The position numbers and the translations under genes were made by a program. This document shows positions 1-11,843 of a stretch of 64,000 bases of DNA, piece after piece (the stretch's first letter is position 1; each line of letters opens with the position of its first letter). The notes beneath the pieces are model-generated. The model was not told where the DNA came from. It was given only the letters and a program-made list of their open reading frames with translations, and ran no database searches. Origin of the DNA: Blastocladiella emersonii ATCC 22665 (Eukaryota > Fungi > Blastocladiomycota); contig JANHCV010000014.1 in NCBI GenBank assembly GCA_025594325.1, positions 620,001 through 684,000 of the forward strand, given 5' to 3'.

Positions 1-30
1 TCGGCCTATATGACTACCTCGAACGCTACC

Positions 31-3000
31 TTATACGGCGACAACAGCAGCCGCGGGCGCCACCGCCAGCTCGTCGCCCGCCATGCTCTCCACCTCCTCC
101 TCCTCGTCCTCGTCGTCCTCTTCGGACTCGCCGTAGCCGTAGCCGCCGTGCGGGACCACCACCGGCGCGGCCGTCGCCGCGTACTCGGTCTCGGTCGCGT
201 GGAACAGGACGCGGTCGAGGTCGCCGTGCCGCGCGACGAGCCGGCCCGCTGCCTCCGCGAGGACCGACTTGTTGGTGCGGATCGCTTCGATCTACACGGC
301 CCAGTTTCGTTAGCCGACGGTACCAAAAACGCGCACGGCCCATTGCAAACCTACCGCCGTAACGCGCGCCATCTCGACGCGCGCCTTGTGCGCGGCGCGC
401 CAGCCCTTGTGCTTGACGCACGCGTTCGCCGGGTTCTCGCACGCCACACCATCCTCCGCGGCGGGGCACCCGCACGTTCCCGCGGGGACACCCGCCGCGT
501 GCTCGCTGATCCGGAGCAGGTCGGCCTCGCACTCGCGGACCCGCTCGCGCGCGGCGCGGAGCGCACGGACGGCGTTGAGCGCGTCGCGTGCGTCGGCGAG
601 GTCGGCCGCGGACCAGAGCGCGTGGGCGGGGGCGGGGTTGGCGAGGAAGTCGGGGACGGCGATGGCGGCGCCGGAGACGACGGGGAGGTGTGCGGGGAGG
701 GCGGCGGTGGCGGCGTGCGCGAACAGGTCGGCGCAGGTGCGGCCGCAGAAGGCCGACGGGAAGGCGGCGGTCAGCGGGCAGCCGGGGCCCGAGCATTGCA
801 CGTGTTTCGTGATCACGCCGCGGCCGAGGGCTACGCATTGGGTTCGAGGGGAGGTGAGACGGGGTCAAGGTGAACGAGTGAGTGTAGAGTGTACCGGTGC
901 AGTCCGGGCAAAAGTACTGGTCGAGCGAGTCGGACTCGGCCTGCGTGATGCTGATGCACGTCCCGTGGAACCAGTCCGCGCACCCGTCGCACCTACACCC
1001 GCACACGCATCGGTCAGTCACCGTCACACATTCTCCTCCACACCCGCCCAAACGTACCCGATATAGAACGAGTCGGGGTTATACGGCGTGCGGCAGACGC
1101 AGTAGAGCTCCTCAACGGGCTCCGGCGGCGGCGGCGGCGGGGCCTGCTCGGCGGCCGCAAGGTCGGCCTCGGACTTGACCCCCGCCGCCGCGTCCCCGCT
1201 GCTACCCGCGGCGTTCGCCGCCGCCCCCTTGTTGCCGTTCCCGCGCTTGTTGTTCCGCGCGCGCTTACGCGCCTTCTCGCCGCCGCGCGCCGTCGTCGAG
1301 GGCGCCGAGTCGTCGAAGGCGGCGTCCGGGTCGGTCTTGCGCCGCTTGGCCGCGGGCGCGGTGCCGCCCTGCGCGCCGCCGCCGCGGCGGTTATTGGTCG
1401 CGCCACCGGCGGTCGACTTCTTGCCCGTCTGCGCTGGCGCAGCGTCCTTGGCCGCACCCTTCTTCCCACCACTGGCCGGGAGCGGCCGCGGGGGCAGGGC
1501 CGCCCCGCCGTTCCACGCGGGCGGCGGGTGCGTCGACGCGTCGCTGGCCATGTAGACGGCGTGATCCACCCCATTCGCGGGCGCGGGCGACGAGTCGTGG
1601 TACCCCGCGTGCCCGTGCGCGTGGCCGGAGCGGCGCGACCCGGGCGTCGTGGACGACCCGGGGCCCGAGAGCGGGCGGCGCGGGAGGGAGAGGTTCGGCG
1701 GAGCCCCCGCGCTCCCCGCACGGGTCGGCGTCGCGCCCGGGTACCGCGAGTGCGGCGAGGCGAGGTCGGGGGTCGCGGTGCGGTGGCCGTGGTGGTGCGG
1801 GTGCGGGTGGTCGGTCGGGACGATCATGGGCGGGAGGGTACCGGGCTTGCCGGCGGCCGCGGCGTGCGCGTGCGCGTGCGCGTGCGCGTCAGGCGCGGGC
1901 TTGGGCTGGATCGGCGGGAGGTGCGACTGCCCGTGCGGGGGCGGCGGGTGGTAGTGGTCCCCGCCCGCGGGCCGCGGCGCCGTGTACCGGTCCCCGCCGC
2001 CGCCGTCGTACCGCGAGCGAGACCGCGAGCGCGGCGGCGGCGGACCGTGCGGCGGCGGCGGCGCGTGGTTGTTTCCGCCGCGACGGCCGCGACGCCCACC
2101 ACCGCCGCCGCCACCGCCGCCCGTGTCGCGACCCCCGCGGTCACGGTCCCGGTCCCGGTCCCGGTCGCGGTCGCGGTCGTGGAAGTCGCGGAAATCGCGG
2201 TGGTTGTCGCGCGGGTGGTGGTCGCGGAAGTCGCGGAAGTCGCCACGGTCACGGTGATCGCGGAAGTCCCGAAAATCGGCGCCGCCGCGGTCGCGGTTGC
2301 CCGACCCACCGCGCGGGGGCGGTGGGCCCGCAAAGTGACCCTGCTGCTGGTGCTGGTGCTGGTGCTGCGGGTGGTGGTGCGGCGCGGGAAAGTCGCGGTC
2401 GCCTGCGCGCTGCTGCGGCTGCTGCTGGGGCTGGGTCGGCGGCGGGGGTGCGTCACCATTCCACGGCGCGCGCGGACGGTTCGCGTCCTGCTGCTGCTGC
2501 GACTGCCCGGGCCGGCCACCGGGCGGCGGGGGCGGCGGGCCGACGTGCGGCGGGGGTGGGGGCGGGACGACGGCGCCGGTGCCGGTCGCGGTCGTGTTGG
2601 CCGAGTACGCCGCAGCGTACTGCTGCTGCTGCTGTTGCTGCTGCTGGTACTGCATCGCGTACTGGGCCTGGTAGTACTGCTGGGGCTGCTGCTGTTGCGG
2701 TTGGTGCTGCGCGTATTGGTGATGCTCGGCCGAGTACGCCTGCGCGTACTGCGCGGCGGCGGCAGCGGGGTACCCTTGTTGCTGGTACGCCTGCTGGTAG
2801 TACTGCGCCGCGGCCGCCGCATTCGTCGCCGCTGCCGCGGCGGGCGAGCGGTAGACCGACGAAACTTGGCCCGCCTGCGGGCGCGCGGCGGCGTGTGGGT
2901 GCGGGAGCCCGTGCGGGAACGGGTGCGCGACGGATGCCGGCGCTGCTGCGGCCGCTGCGGGTTGCTGCTGCTGCCACGCCGCGGCATAGGCGGCGTGGTG

Positions 3001-3228
3001 GTGCGCGCCCGGCTGCTGTTGCTGCTGGTAGTACGCGGCGTGCGCCTGGGCCTGGGCGTGCGCGTGGGCGTGCGCGGCAGCTGCGGCGGCGGCGTACGAC
3101 GCGGCGTAGGATTGCTGTTGCTGCTGGGTGTTGGTCGTTTGCGGGTACGAGTAGGCGGTCGCGGGTGCGGGTTGGCCACCGGCGGCACTCGGCGGCGGCG
3201 GGCGCCACGAGGCCGACGACGACGACAT
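31..3228 (-). CDS. SPP1: PHD-finger COMPASS subunit Spp1/CXXC1-like protein with a very long N-terminal low-complexity region; 4 exons (3228-1058, 992-895, 830-355, 291-31)
   Basis: Splicing three GT-AG introns (1057-993, 894-831, 354-292) gives PHD 'LYCVCRTPYNPDSFYIGCDGCADWFHGTC...YFCPDC', then 'CSGPGC...FCGRTC' and the CXXC1/Spp1-type C-terminal 'CGCP...CENPANACVKHKGWRAAHKARVEMARV'; TAA at 33-31. Start codon (3228) is inferred. Confidence 0.75.
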
Positions 3229-3408
3229 GGCGGCGGCGGCGTCGGTTGTGTTACGTTGCAGTGAGTGGTGGTTTGATGCGTCTCCGTGGCGGGGGCAGGG
3301 GAGGGAGATCACGGCGAGACGAAGTCGGCGACGACGTCGTCGACCGTCGTCTCACTCCCCTTGAATCATATCACCCCCGCACGTGCAGATAATCACACAC
3401 TATATTCC

Positions 3409-4682
3409 TCACGGCGCCTCGATGCGGGCCACGACGAACCCCGTCCGCGGCTTGGCCGGGATCATCCAGACGACGGCCTTGGGCACCACGGGCTGCGCGG
3501 GCAGGCCGTGGATCTGGTTCGGGACCGGGTACGCGACGACGTACGTGTCCTCGTCGACCGTCACCGCCGCCGCCGCCGCGGGCTCGTCGTCGCCGTTGTG
3601 CGCTCGCTTCTGCCCCGCGGCCGCGACGGGCACGGGCCGGACGGCGTCGAGCACCGCCGCCTGGACGTCACTCGCGCCCAAGAACCCGCGGACCGTCGTG
3701 ACCGCGACCGGTCTCGGTTCCGCGTCCTCGTCGGTCCCGGGGGCACGGTACGTCGAGACGAACGGGTCAACTCCCTCGCTCCCGGCGAGCCGGTCGCCGC
3801 GCGCGGCCACGAGCCCGGCCCACTCGAGCAGGTCGCTCACGGCCTCGCGGGTTTCGAGCGGGAGGGTGGTGCGGGACTTTGCGGGACCCGTTTTCGGCTG
3901 CTGGCCCTTGACGCGCTTCTTGTCGGGTGCTGGCGCGGCGAGAAGGTCAGCGACGGGGCCGATCGCGGGCCACACGGCGCCGTTGGGTGGAGACCACGAC
4001 TCGACGCGCGCGGCGCACTCGGTGACGGGCGCGCCCAAGGCTGACGCAGCGGCGCGGACGGCGTCGAGGAGGGCCGGCGGGCCGCGGACCGCGAGGTCAA
4101 AGGCGGACGTCAGCGTGTGCGTGAAGCACCAGTGCGCGCGCTGCACGAGTTTCTGCGATTTGGGCTCGAGCGGGACGCGGACGACTACACGATGACGGAG
4201 TTAGAGTACGGGTACGCGAGCAACAGAGCGGAGGGTACGCACGGTATCGGTCATCCCCGCGCCCTCCCTTGCTGCCGCCGACCTTGCTCCCGGCGAGCCC
4301 GAGCGTCTGGTACACGTCCTTGGTGAGGGCGAGCAGGAGGGCGCCGCCGCGCACCTGCACCGTGGCCGCGTGCTCGGGGTCCGTGTGCAGCGACTGCACC
4401 GAGGCCGGCTTGGCGTCTACAGCCCGGACGGCGTGAGCTTCCCGCTTCTCCCTTCCCACTCACGCCCCAAACCGTACGCGTGTGAAGCGCCTTGAGCACG
4501 CCCGTCTCGAGCAGCAGCGCGAGCGGCGTGTACACCTTGAGGTACGGCAGTTTGGGGGAGACCTCGAGGGGCGCGGCCCGGATCACATCGACGCGGTGGT
4601 AGTCGGCGTCGGGCACCCGGAACGCCGCGTCGCCCGCCGCGTGCCGCGCGACGTGCGTCAGCGTCTTGGTCGTTTGCTTCAT
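3409..4682 (-). CDS. RPP40: RNase P/MRP subunit p40 (Rpp40); 2 introns; 5' end uncertain
   Basis: Spliced segments 'GGALLLALTKDVYQTLGLAG', 'DLLEWAGLVAA...VDPFVSTY' resemble the Rpp40 family; introns with GTACGG and GTGCGT donors join ORFs 4251-4820, 4097-4459 and 3409-4146 in frame. Confidence 0.75.
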
Positions 4683-4833
4683 GTTTACGGTGGGGGGCGG
4701 GGAGAAGCGATGAATCGCGACGGGGAGGCGAAGGCAGCATGGCAACGCGCTCACGTGCGAGGCGCGGCCGCGACAACACCTCCTCGTGCCACCGCCGCCG
4801 ATCTCCGCTCTCCCTAGCACACACGCAAAGCAA

Positions 4834-6670
4834 ATGGAAGACTACGAGATCGGCGCCGACATCCTCGGCAAGCTGCGCGCCAAGAAGGGCAGCGTCAAGG
4901 GCCTGTGCCTGGCCCCGCGCGTCGGCAACAAGAAGAAGGTGTACGCGCTCGTCTGCCAGACGCTCAAGCGTACGTTTCCTCCGCTAGGTTCTCAAGACGC
5001 ACCGGCACTCACCGAATCCCCCTCTTCTAGTCCATGCCGCCCTCTCGCACGCGATCCAGTCCGCGGACCTGCTGCACCACGAGCGCCAGCTGACGCTCGA
5101 CCTCGCGCTGGTCGTGGTCCACGACCTGCTGTTCGCGCGCCGCGGCGTCATGTGCGGCGGGTGGGTCAAGCCGGCCGTGATGCGGCACCGCGACGCGCTG
5201 CGCGCCGCGCTCGCCGAGTACGCGCGGTCGCGCGGCATCGACACCACTGGCATGGGCGCGGCGCGCGTCGCCGCCGCCGTGGCCGCGCTCGAGGAGCAGG
5301 CGACGCCGACGCTGCCGCGGTACGTGCGCGTCAACACGTTGCGCACGACGGTGGACGCGGTCGTGCAGCATTTCACGGCGCTGCACGCCGCGCACTCTCC
5401 CGGCGCGTGCCAGTACGGCGGGGTGCTGGACAACTGGCACGCGCTGCAGAAGGGCCACTTCTACCGCGACCCGCACCTGCCCGAGCTGCTCGTGTTCCCG
5501 GCGGGGACCGACTTCCACCTCGACCCGCTGTACAAGGCGGGGGAGATCATTCTGCAGGACAAGGCGTCCGCGTTCCCGGCGTTCATCCTGGCGCCGCCGG
5601 CCGGCGCGCACGTCGTCGACGCGTGCGCCGCGCCGGGGAACAAGACGTCGCACCTCGCGGCCGTGATGCAGGGCGAGGGCTACGTGACGGCGTTCGACCA
5701 GGACGCGCGCCGGCTCGACCTGCTCAAGGACATGACGTACCGCGCCGGGTGCCGGTCGGTCCGCGCGGTGCACGGGAGTTTTCTGGAAGTCGACCCGGTC
5801 TCGATGCCGCGCGTCACGCACCTGCTGCTCGACCCGAGCTGCTCCGGGTCCGGCATCGTGTCGCGGCTCGACTCGCTCGTCGACGTCGTGCTCTCGGGCG
5901 AGCGCAACGACGACCCGGACCGCCTGGCCTCGCTCGCCAAGTTCCAGACCGAGATCGTCCTGCACGCCATGAAGTTCCCCGCCGCCGACCTCGTCTCGTA
6001 CTCGACGTGCTCTGTCCACGCCCAGGAGAACGAGCACGTCGTCGCCGCCGTCCTCGCCGCTAACCCGCGGTTCGAGCTCGCGCCCCGCGACCGCGTCTTG
6101 CCCGCGTGGCCGCACCGCGGTGATACGGGCCAGGGGTTGAGCGACGAGGACGCGAACAAGGTCGTCCGCGCGGCGCCCGAGGACGGGACTAACGGGTTCT
6201 TTGTCGCGCTGTTCCAGCGCCGCAAGGCGGCCAAGGTCGAGACGGACGAGGAGTTCACCGTCGAGAACGGGTACCTCCCGACCGACGACGAGCCCGCGTA
6301 CGCCGGCCCCGCGCACGACAAGCCGCGGTTCGTCCGCCGCCGCGCCGATGCGGGCGACCAGGTCGCGGTCGACCCCACCTCGGCCCCCGCGTCCGCCGAC
6401 CGCCGTCCGCCTCCGCGCGGCCCGCCCCGTGGCCCGCCCCGCCCGTCGTCGCGCCCCGTCAAGAACAAGGAAAAGTACAACCGCAACAAGCCCGGCAAAC
6501 CGCACACGCCGAACCCCGCGCACTCCCAGAAGCAGCGCAGCAGCGACCGGCCGGCGACGCGCGCCATGAAGAAGGCGGCCGCCGCCGTCGACCCCGCCGC
6601 GTCCACGGGCCGCGAGAAGAAGAAGAAGCAGAAGCGCGCGACTAAGAAGATGTCGATTGTGAGCAAGTAA
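4834..6670 (+). CDS. RCM1: NOL1/NOP2/Sun-family rRNA m5C methyltransferase (Rcm1/NSUN5); one intron 4970-5030; basic C-terminal tail
   Basis: Motifs 'LPRYVRVNTL', 'ILQDKASAFPA', 'VVDACAAPGNKTSHLA', 'LLLDPSCSGSG', 'YSTCSVHAQENEHVV'; exon 1 'MEDYEIGADILGKLRAKKGSVKGL' splices in frame. Confidence 0.9.
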
Positions 6671-6788
6671 CGGACGAGGTGTGGTGGGATATATAGCTTT
6701 CGTTTAGTCTCTACGACGACGGGCGGCAGAGTGGGACGGGACGGGGACGCGAGGGAGGGAGAGCGGGCTGCGGGGGCGGCAGCAGCGG

Positions 6789-6812
6789 GACGGAGACGGA
6801 GACGGAGACGGA
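6789..6812 (+). repeat. (GACGGA)4 microsatellite in the convergent intergenic region
   Basis: Four perfect hexamer copies read directly. Confidence 0.9.
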
Positions 6813-6939
6813 GATCAAAACAGAGAAGGAGAGAAGCGTTTGACTATAGTACACGAGCTAAGGCGGGTGGAGGGTAGAGAGGGATGGGGCCGCGCAAGAG
6901 CGACGCGCGGCAGCGGGATCGAGAGGAGAGAGGGAGCGT

Positions 6940-8196
6940 TTACAGGAAGTTCTCGCGGATGAAGGTCGTCACCTGGTCGTACACAACCTACGGGACGCGC
7001 AACGAGTACAGCGCGTGTCAGTTGTAGCCGATCGAGGGCGGGGAGGTGGACGTAAACGTACGTAGAGGACACCACCGCCGGGGCCGAGACGCAGGACCTT
7101 GGGGACGAAGCCCTTGTACAGAGCGGCGGCACTACACGACACGGGAGAGAGCAGAGTCAGTCGCGCGCGCTACGTCACACTCGGACCAGCAAAGCGTACC
7201 CCTCCTCCTTGGCAATGGTCGCGAGGGCGGGCAGCGTCCAGTTGTACTTGGGGACGGTGCCGGCGGCCTGGTTCTGGATGCGGGTCTTGACCACGTCAAA
7301 GGGCGTGTTGAGCATGGTGCCGAAGGCGCCGCCGAGCGTGCCCGACACGAACTTGTTGCCGACCTGGCCCCAGTACGACTAGAGGTTCGGGTACATGAAG
7401 TCAGTCTCCCGCTCACCACCTACATCCCGAAAAAACGTACCTCCTGCTCGGGCAGCTGCGCGTTGATGATGTTGATGACCGAGAAGTAGCCGCCGTTCCA
7501 GGTGGCGTGGCGCCAGAGCGTGGCCTCGAGGCCCTTGAAGAAGGCGAGCGGGCCCTCCTCGGCCATGATCTTGGAGATGCAGTCCATGGTCGACTTGTAC
7601 TTGCCGGCGTTGTTCTTGTCCTGGAGGCGGATCTTGACCAGCTCGAACGACACGACGAGGAACGCCTCGGTGCAGCCCGCCGACACACCCGTCAGCGTGA
7701 CCAGGTGCTGCGGCATCTTGCCCTGCACGTCGAACAGGTTGCGGTACAGCGCCGTGTACTGCTCGCTGTGGTGGAGGCGGGTACGGGGTGAGCGCGAGGT
7801 CGCGGGGATGGGCGAGTTAGGGAGACGTACTTGGCGGCAAACTTGGTTGCGCGCTTGGGCGCCTCGACGAGGATCGGCGGCAGGATGCCGCGGTACAGGC
7901 GGCCAAAGCCCTCCTGCTTGATGATCTTGCGGAAGCAATCGCCAATCGACGTGTACCCGTCGGCGCCGCCCTTGCCGACCTGCAGCTGGAACCGCGTCTT
8001 GACGACTGTTTCCCCCAAAAGTCAGAACCTGTCCCGAACGCGCAGAGCGACCCAGCAGCATACCGTCAAGCGGGTACATCATGGCGAGCTCCGTGACGCC
8101 GGCCACGGCGCCCGAGAACAGCTGCCAGCCGAACGGCAGCGGCTTCACGGCCGCGGGCGCGGGCTTGTTGTTGCTGGTAGCGGGAGTAGACGACAT
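6940..8196 (-). CDS. ODC1: Mitochondrial 2-oxodicarboxylate carrier (ODC1/SLC25A21-like); 5 introns
   Basis: Carrier signatures 'MYPLD|VVKTRFQLQ', 'VSFELVKIRLQD', 'NTPFDVVKTRIQ'; 'LWRHATWNGGYF' and 'EAPKRATKFAA' typical of ODC; five GT-AG introns traced; TAA at 6942-6940. Confidence 0.9.
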
Positions 8197-8667
8197 GGCA
8201 GGGTGGGGTGTTGTATGACGGTGCAAGCAGCAAGAGAGCGGGGAGAGAGGGGGCGGGCGCAGGAAGAAAGGGGCGGGAGGCTCGGCAGGGCAGCGGCCGC
8301 GGCGCGCGAAGCTTGTGTCTCCTGCATCACGCGATGCCGAGCGACCTGCTCTTTCAACTCCTCCGTCCTGCGCGACTGCCGCTGCGCCTCTCACAGTTCA
8401 TGCTGTGAATGCACGGCGAAGCGGATCACGGCATCGCATGACTCCGAGGTCGGCGTGCCTGATGATCAGGGCAGCGGAGCAAACCGGAACGCGAGGAAAC
8501 GCTCTGCTCTCCTCCCCGCGCGACTCGCGCCGCGCTGCCGGACGCGCTTACGCGCCGAGCCTTACGGCCGCGATGAAACGGGTCCGCGACCAATAGCCGC
8601 GCGGCGTAACAAAAACGAACGAGGCTTGCATTCCAAGAGATCATCTCCCCCCGCGTCCCCCACAAAA

Positions 8668-9565
8668 CTACTGGCCGCGGCGCGCCGCGAGCTTGGCGAA
8701 CAGCTCGTTCTGGACCGCGGCCTGGGCCGCGGCCTTGTGCAGGTCGATGGGCGAGCGCACCTCGTTGACGATATCCTTGGTCTTGTCAAAGTACACGTTC
8801 TTGAGGGCGTCGCGCAGCTTGAACTCCATGTCCTCGACCATGCGCCCGAGGTTGCCGAGGTGCGACCCCTTGTCGTCGAACGCCAGGTCCTGCTCCGTCT
8901 GCCGCGTCAGCGACCCGGACAGATCGGCGCGCCCGACGTCCGCGTCCTCGTGCAGCACCGACAGCAGCACCGTCGACGTCAGCTTGTAGTGCGCGACGCG
9001 GTTCGGCCGGCGCTCGGCCACCTCGAACACGTGAATCGAGTCCCAGCTCGCGTCGGCCGCGACCGTCGACGACCGCTCGGCCACCTTCTTGATCAGTACC
9101 ACGCACGCGAACCCGTCGTCGAGGTCCCACGTGTACACGGACGACACGCCGCCCTCGTAGTACAGCTCGCGGTACGTGTCGAACGCCGCGTTGGCCGCCT
9201 CCTCGAGCTTGCGCAGCGCCGGGCTCGGCACGGCGCCGTCGGCGAGCGGCGGGTCGTACTCGTTCGACCACGGCGAACGGTAGCTGTCGCCGTCGCGGTT
9301 GTAGTCGCAGATCAGGTACGGCCGCCCCGTCGACCCGCACACGAGCTGCTTGAGCGGCTGGTCCACCGCCGACAGCAGGTCCTCGGTCAGGTGCGGCGCC
9401 AGGTCGACCAGCTGCACCAGGTTGCGCTCCACGTGCCGCGGCGGAAGGCGCCGCATCAGGTCCAGCGCGCAATCGAACTGCTCGGGCTACATTTGTGGGC
9501 AAGCGTGAGGTCGTGGGCGCGCGGTCGGTGGCGCCGCGACGGCGCGCAGGGTCGCAACCCACCAT
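8668..9565 (-). CDS. CAP2: F-actin capping protein beta subunit; first coding exon is ATG only, intron 9562-9487
   Basis: M|[16 protein letters not shown]..., '[19 protein letters not shown]', 'WDSIHVFEV', 'LSGSLTRQ', '[13 protein letters not shown]'. Confidence 0.95.
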
Positions 9566-9710
9566 GGTTGTCGGCTCAGGTGCACGTTGCGTGTTGTTGA
9601 TGCGTAGCAGTTACAGAGTCCGTGTGCTGGACTTGGGATGGGCGAGCAAGGAGGAAAAGGTGGCGGCGCGGCGAAGAGAGCGGCGCGTGGCGAATCGCGC
9701 CCGATCGGAC

Positions 9711-9720
9711 GTCACGTGAC
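9711..9720. promoter_or_regulatory. Perfect palindromic extended E-box GTCACGTGAC about 145 nt upstream of CAP2
   Basis: 10-bp palindrome read directly; bHLH(-ZIP) binding is inferred. Confidence 0.4.
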
Positions 9721-10157
9721 ACATCGCCCGCATTTGAATGCCCGCGGGATGGGCTCCTTGGTGGCGAATTGTGCCTTCACACATTTTCGAATACTTTGAT
9801 GACCTGTCGACTATTAAAAGTGATAAAACGCGTAAAAACGCGTCGTGAGCGAGCTGTAGCCATCGCGAGCGCGCCTTTCACGGGTTTGAGCTTATTGCTG
9901 GTCCGTTTGGTCGGAACGAGTACCTAAACAAACAAAAAATGAAGCACGGGTACTGCACGCGCATAATTGGTCCTTGGCGAGTAACAAACGATGCGAGCCC
10001 TGCTGGTTGGGCCTTGTCAATGGCGGCCGTTGGTTGCATTCGTTCCGCGATCGCTACCTGGTCGACGCGGCAGGGGGCGGCAGCATTTCGCATTTTGCTC
10101 GCGTCTCAATTCCTTTTGATGACGGAAAAACACAATGAATTGATGAATAACACCCGA

Positions 10158-11146
10158 TCACTCTTCTTTCGCCTGGTCTTTGCTGTCCGCTGTACCAGCA
10201 AGCTTGATGGTCTGAAGCTGCTCGTTGAGAAGTTTGACAGCCTGGGACTGTGCAGCCGAGGCGAGATCAAGGCACTCGAGCATCCCAGCAAGCTTCATCA
10301 TGGAGTGCCAGTCATACAGGTCGAGGTCGGCCGAATCAACACTAAGGGAGGTAAGCGCCGGTTTGATCGATTCTGGAAGCGGAGTGCCAGGAAGCCAGCT
10401 GGTGTAAAGATGGACGAGAGCGAGAACAAACACATTGTTGGACCACGCGGAGAGCTTGATTGGGTCATCAGGGCAGGTCAGCCGCGACCACTCGCCGCGA
10501 AACATTAGTGCAAAAAAAGGAGAAGCCGAAGCGAGGATCGCACGCGAGGCAAAGACGGGCGTAGTTGTGTCGGCTGGCAGGAATTGGACGTCTGAGACTG
10601 CTGGATCATTGAACAGGAGGCACATGCCCTTGAGCGAGCGCATGACGGCAGCGGGTGATTCACCAGCGCCCACAGGCGTCATTGGGACATGGAAGGAAAT
10701 TGCCACCAGGCGAAGATACTGAGGTAAATAGGTTTCGTCGAGACGATCCCACGCAACCGTACTCGAAGAAGAGTACGTTGAACCGGTCACATTGAAGACC
10801 TTTTTGAACGAGGCATGAGCGTCAACGATCAAAGTGCACGAAATTGTGGGGATAGAACTGCTGCACTTATCAAGAACGAGAACAACCTTGTAACGCTCTA
10901 AGCTGTTCGCGATTCGAAAGAACTCGAGGTGAAACTTGGTTGCCCCAAGGGCTCCACCCGCAGAAGAAGGTGGAGTTCGAAAGGTATCCTTCGCAGCAGT
11001 TCCAAGCGTGTCATTTTTCATCGAAAAGTAATGAACGGGCGTGTCCCCGACCTGAGAAGTGTACGGAGGGAAAAATGCATCCTGTTCAACGGATTTAATG
11101 CGTGGATACTACAAGATCGTGTGATCAGGCGTACAGGAAGCTCCAT
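10158..11146 (-). CDS. BTB/POZ protein 1 with N-terminal MATH-like beta-rich region; micro-exon MELP, intron 11134-11082
   Basis: BTB consensus 'FNDPAVSDVQF...VFASRAILASASPFFALMFRGEWS...IKL...FVLALVHLYT'; three paralogues at 44.5-49.3 kb. Confidence 0.85.
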
Positions 11147-11234
11147 CTTTCTTCAAAGATTCATCGTTTGAGAGTGAGGTCGGGAGCCAGCGTTGTGGGC
11201 CCGTCAAGGCCGCTATTTGGCTGCCGGAGTTACC

Positions 11235-11343
11235 CTGGACAACGACCTGGACACGGTCACGAGGGCACGCATGCCCCCGCGCGTTGAACCGCGCGCGACG
11301 CGACGCGACGCTCATTTGAGCGTGATGGCGCTCCTGATCGGGG
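11235..11343 (-). promoter_or_regulatory. Conserved BTB-family promoter blocks (paired TGTCCA half-sites; GCGACGCGACGCTCAT...CGTGATGGCGYTCCTGATCGGGG on + strand)
   Basis: First block recurs at 45620-45644, 47395-47430 and 49373-49399; second block recurs at about 49430-49475. Confidence 0.65.
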
Positions 11344-11378
11344 AACTGTCGTGTCTCGCATTTAGCGTGGGGGATTGT

Positions 11379-11670
11379 TCTCCCGCGACAGTGATCAAGT
11401 ATTTGCAGCTGCCCAGGGAGTCCTTGGACATCAACAAGTTCAGCTGCTCCTGGTCCTGACCAAGGCTGGGTGCCTAGGCAATGGTCAGGGTCGGGAGCTG
11501 CACAAGCAGACGTTTGAGTATGACCCAAAGGAGTGGGTTCTTTTCCGAGCTCGACAAATACGGCGTCAACGTCTCGATGTCGGGCGCAACATCGTATGCA
11601 TCAACATGGGTCCGCTTGACGAATTGCGCCTCGAGACCCGTGGAGCGGATTCAGCCTGCTATATGAGCTC
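11379..11670 (+). pseudogene. Inverted, frameshifted fragment of the neighbouring GTPase gene
   Basis: Aligns to the reverse complement of 12232-12522; translates piecewise to 'VIKYLQL..ESLDINKF', 'LLVLTKAGCLG', 'EYDPKE', 'ELDKYGVN', 'NMGPLD'. Confidence 0.85.
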
Positions 11671-11728
11671 AAACTGAGATTCTACCAAATGGGTGCCCTT
11701 GAGAGATGACCGAAACTGGGTAACGATG

Positions 11729-11748
11729 GACGCGCCGCGCCACTCACG
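11729..11748 (+). promoter_or_regulatory. GACGCG-YY-GCGCCAC motif copy
   Basis: GATGGACGCGCCGCGCCACTCACG is identical at about 13497-13519; no gene recognised immediately downstream. Confidence 0.5.
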
Positions 11749-11843
11749 CGATTTTTTGGTTGCCGACAGGCTTCCAGCGCCAAGCATGAAAGAAAAATGT
11801 GAAAAATGTGTGAATTATAACACAACAGAAACCCAATCACTCG

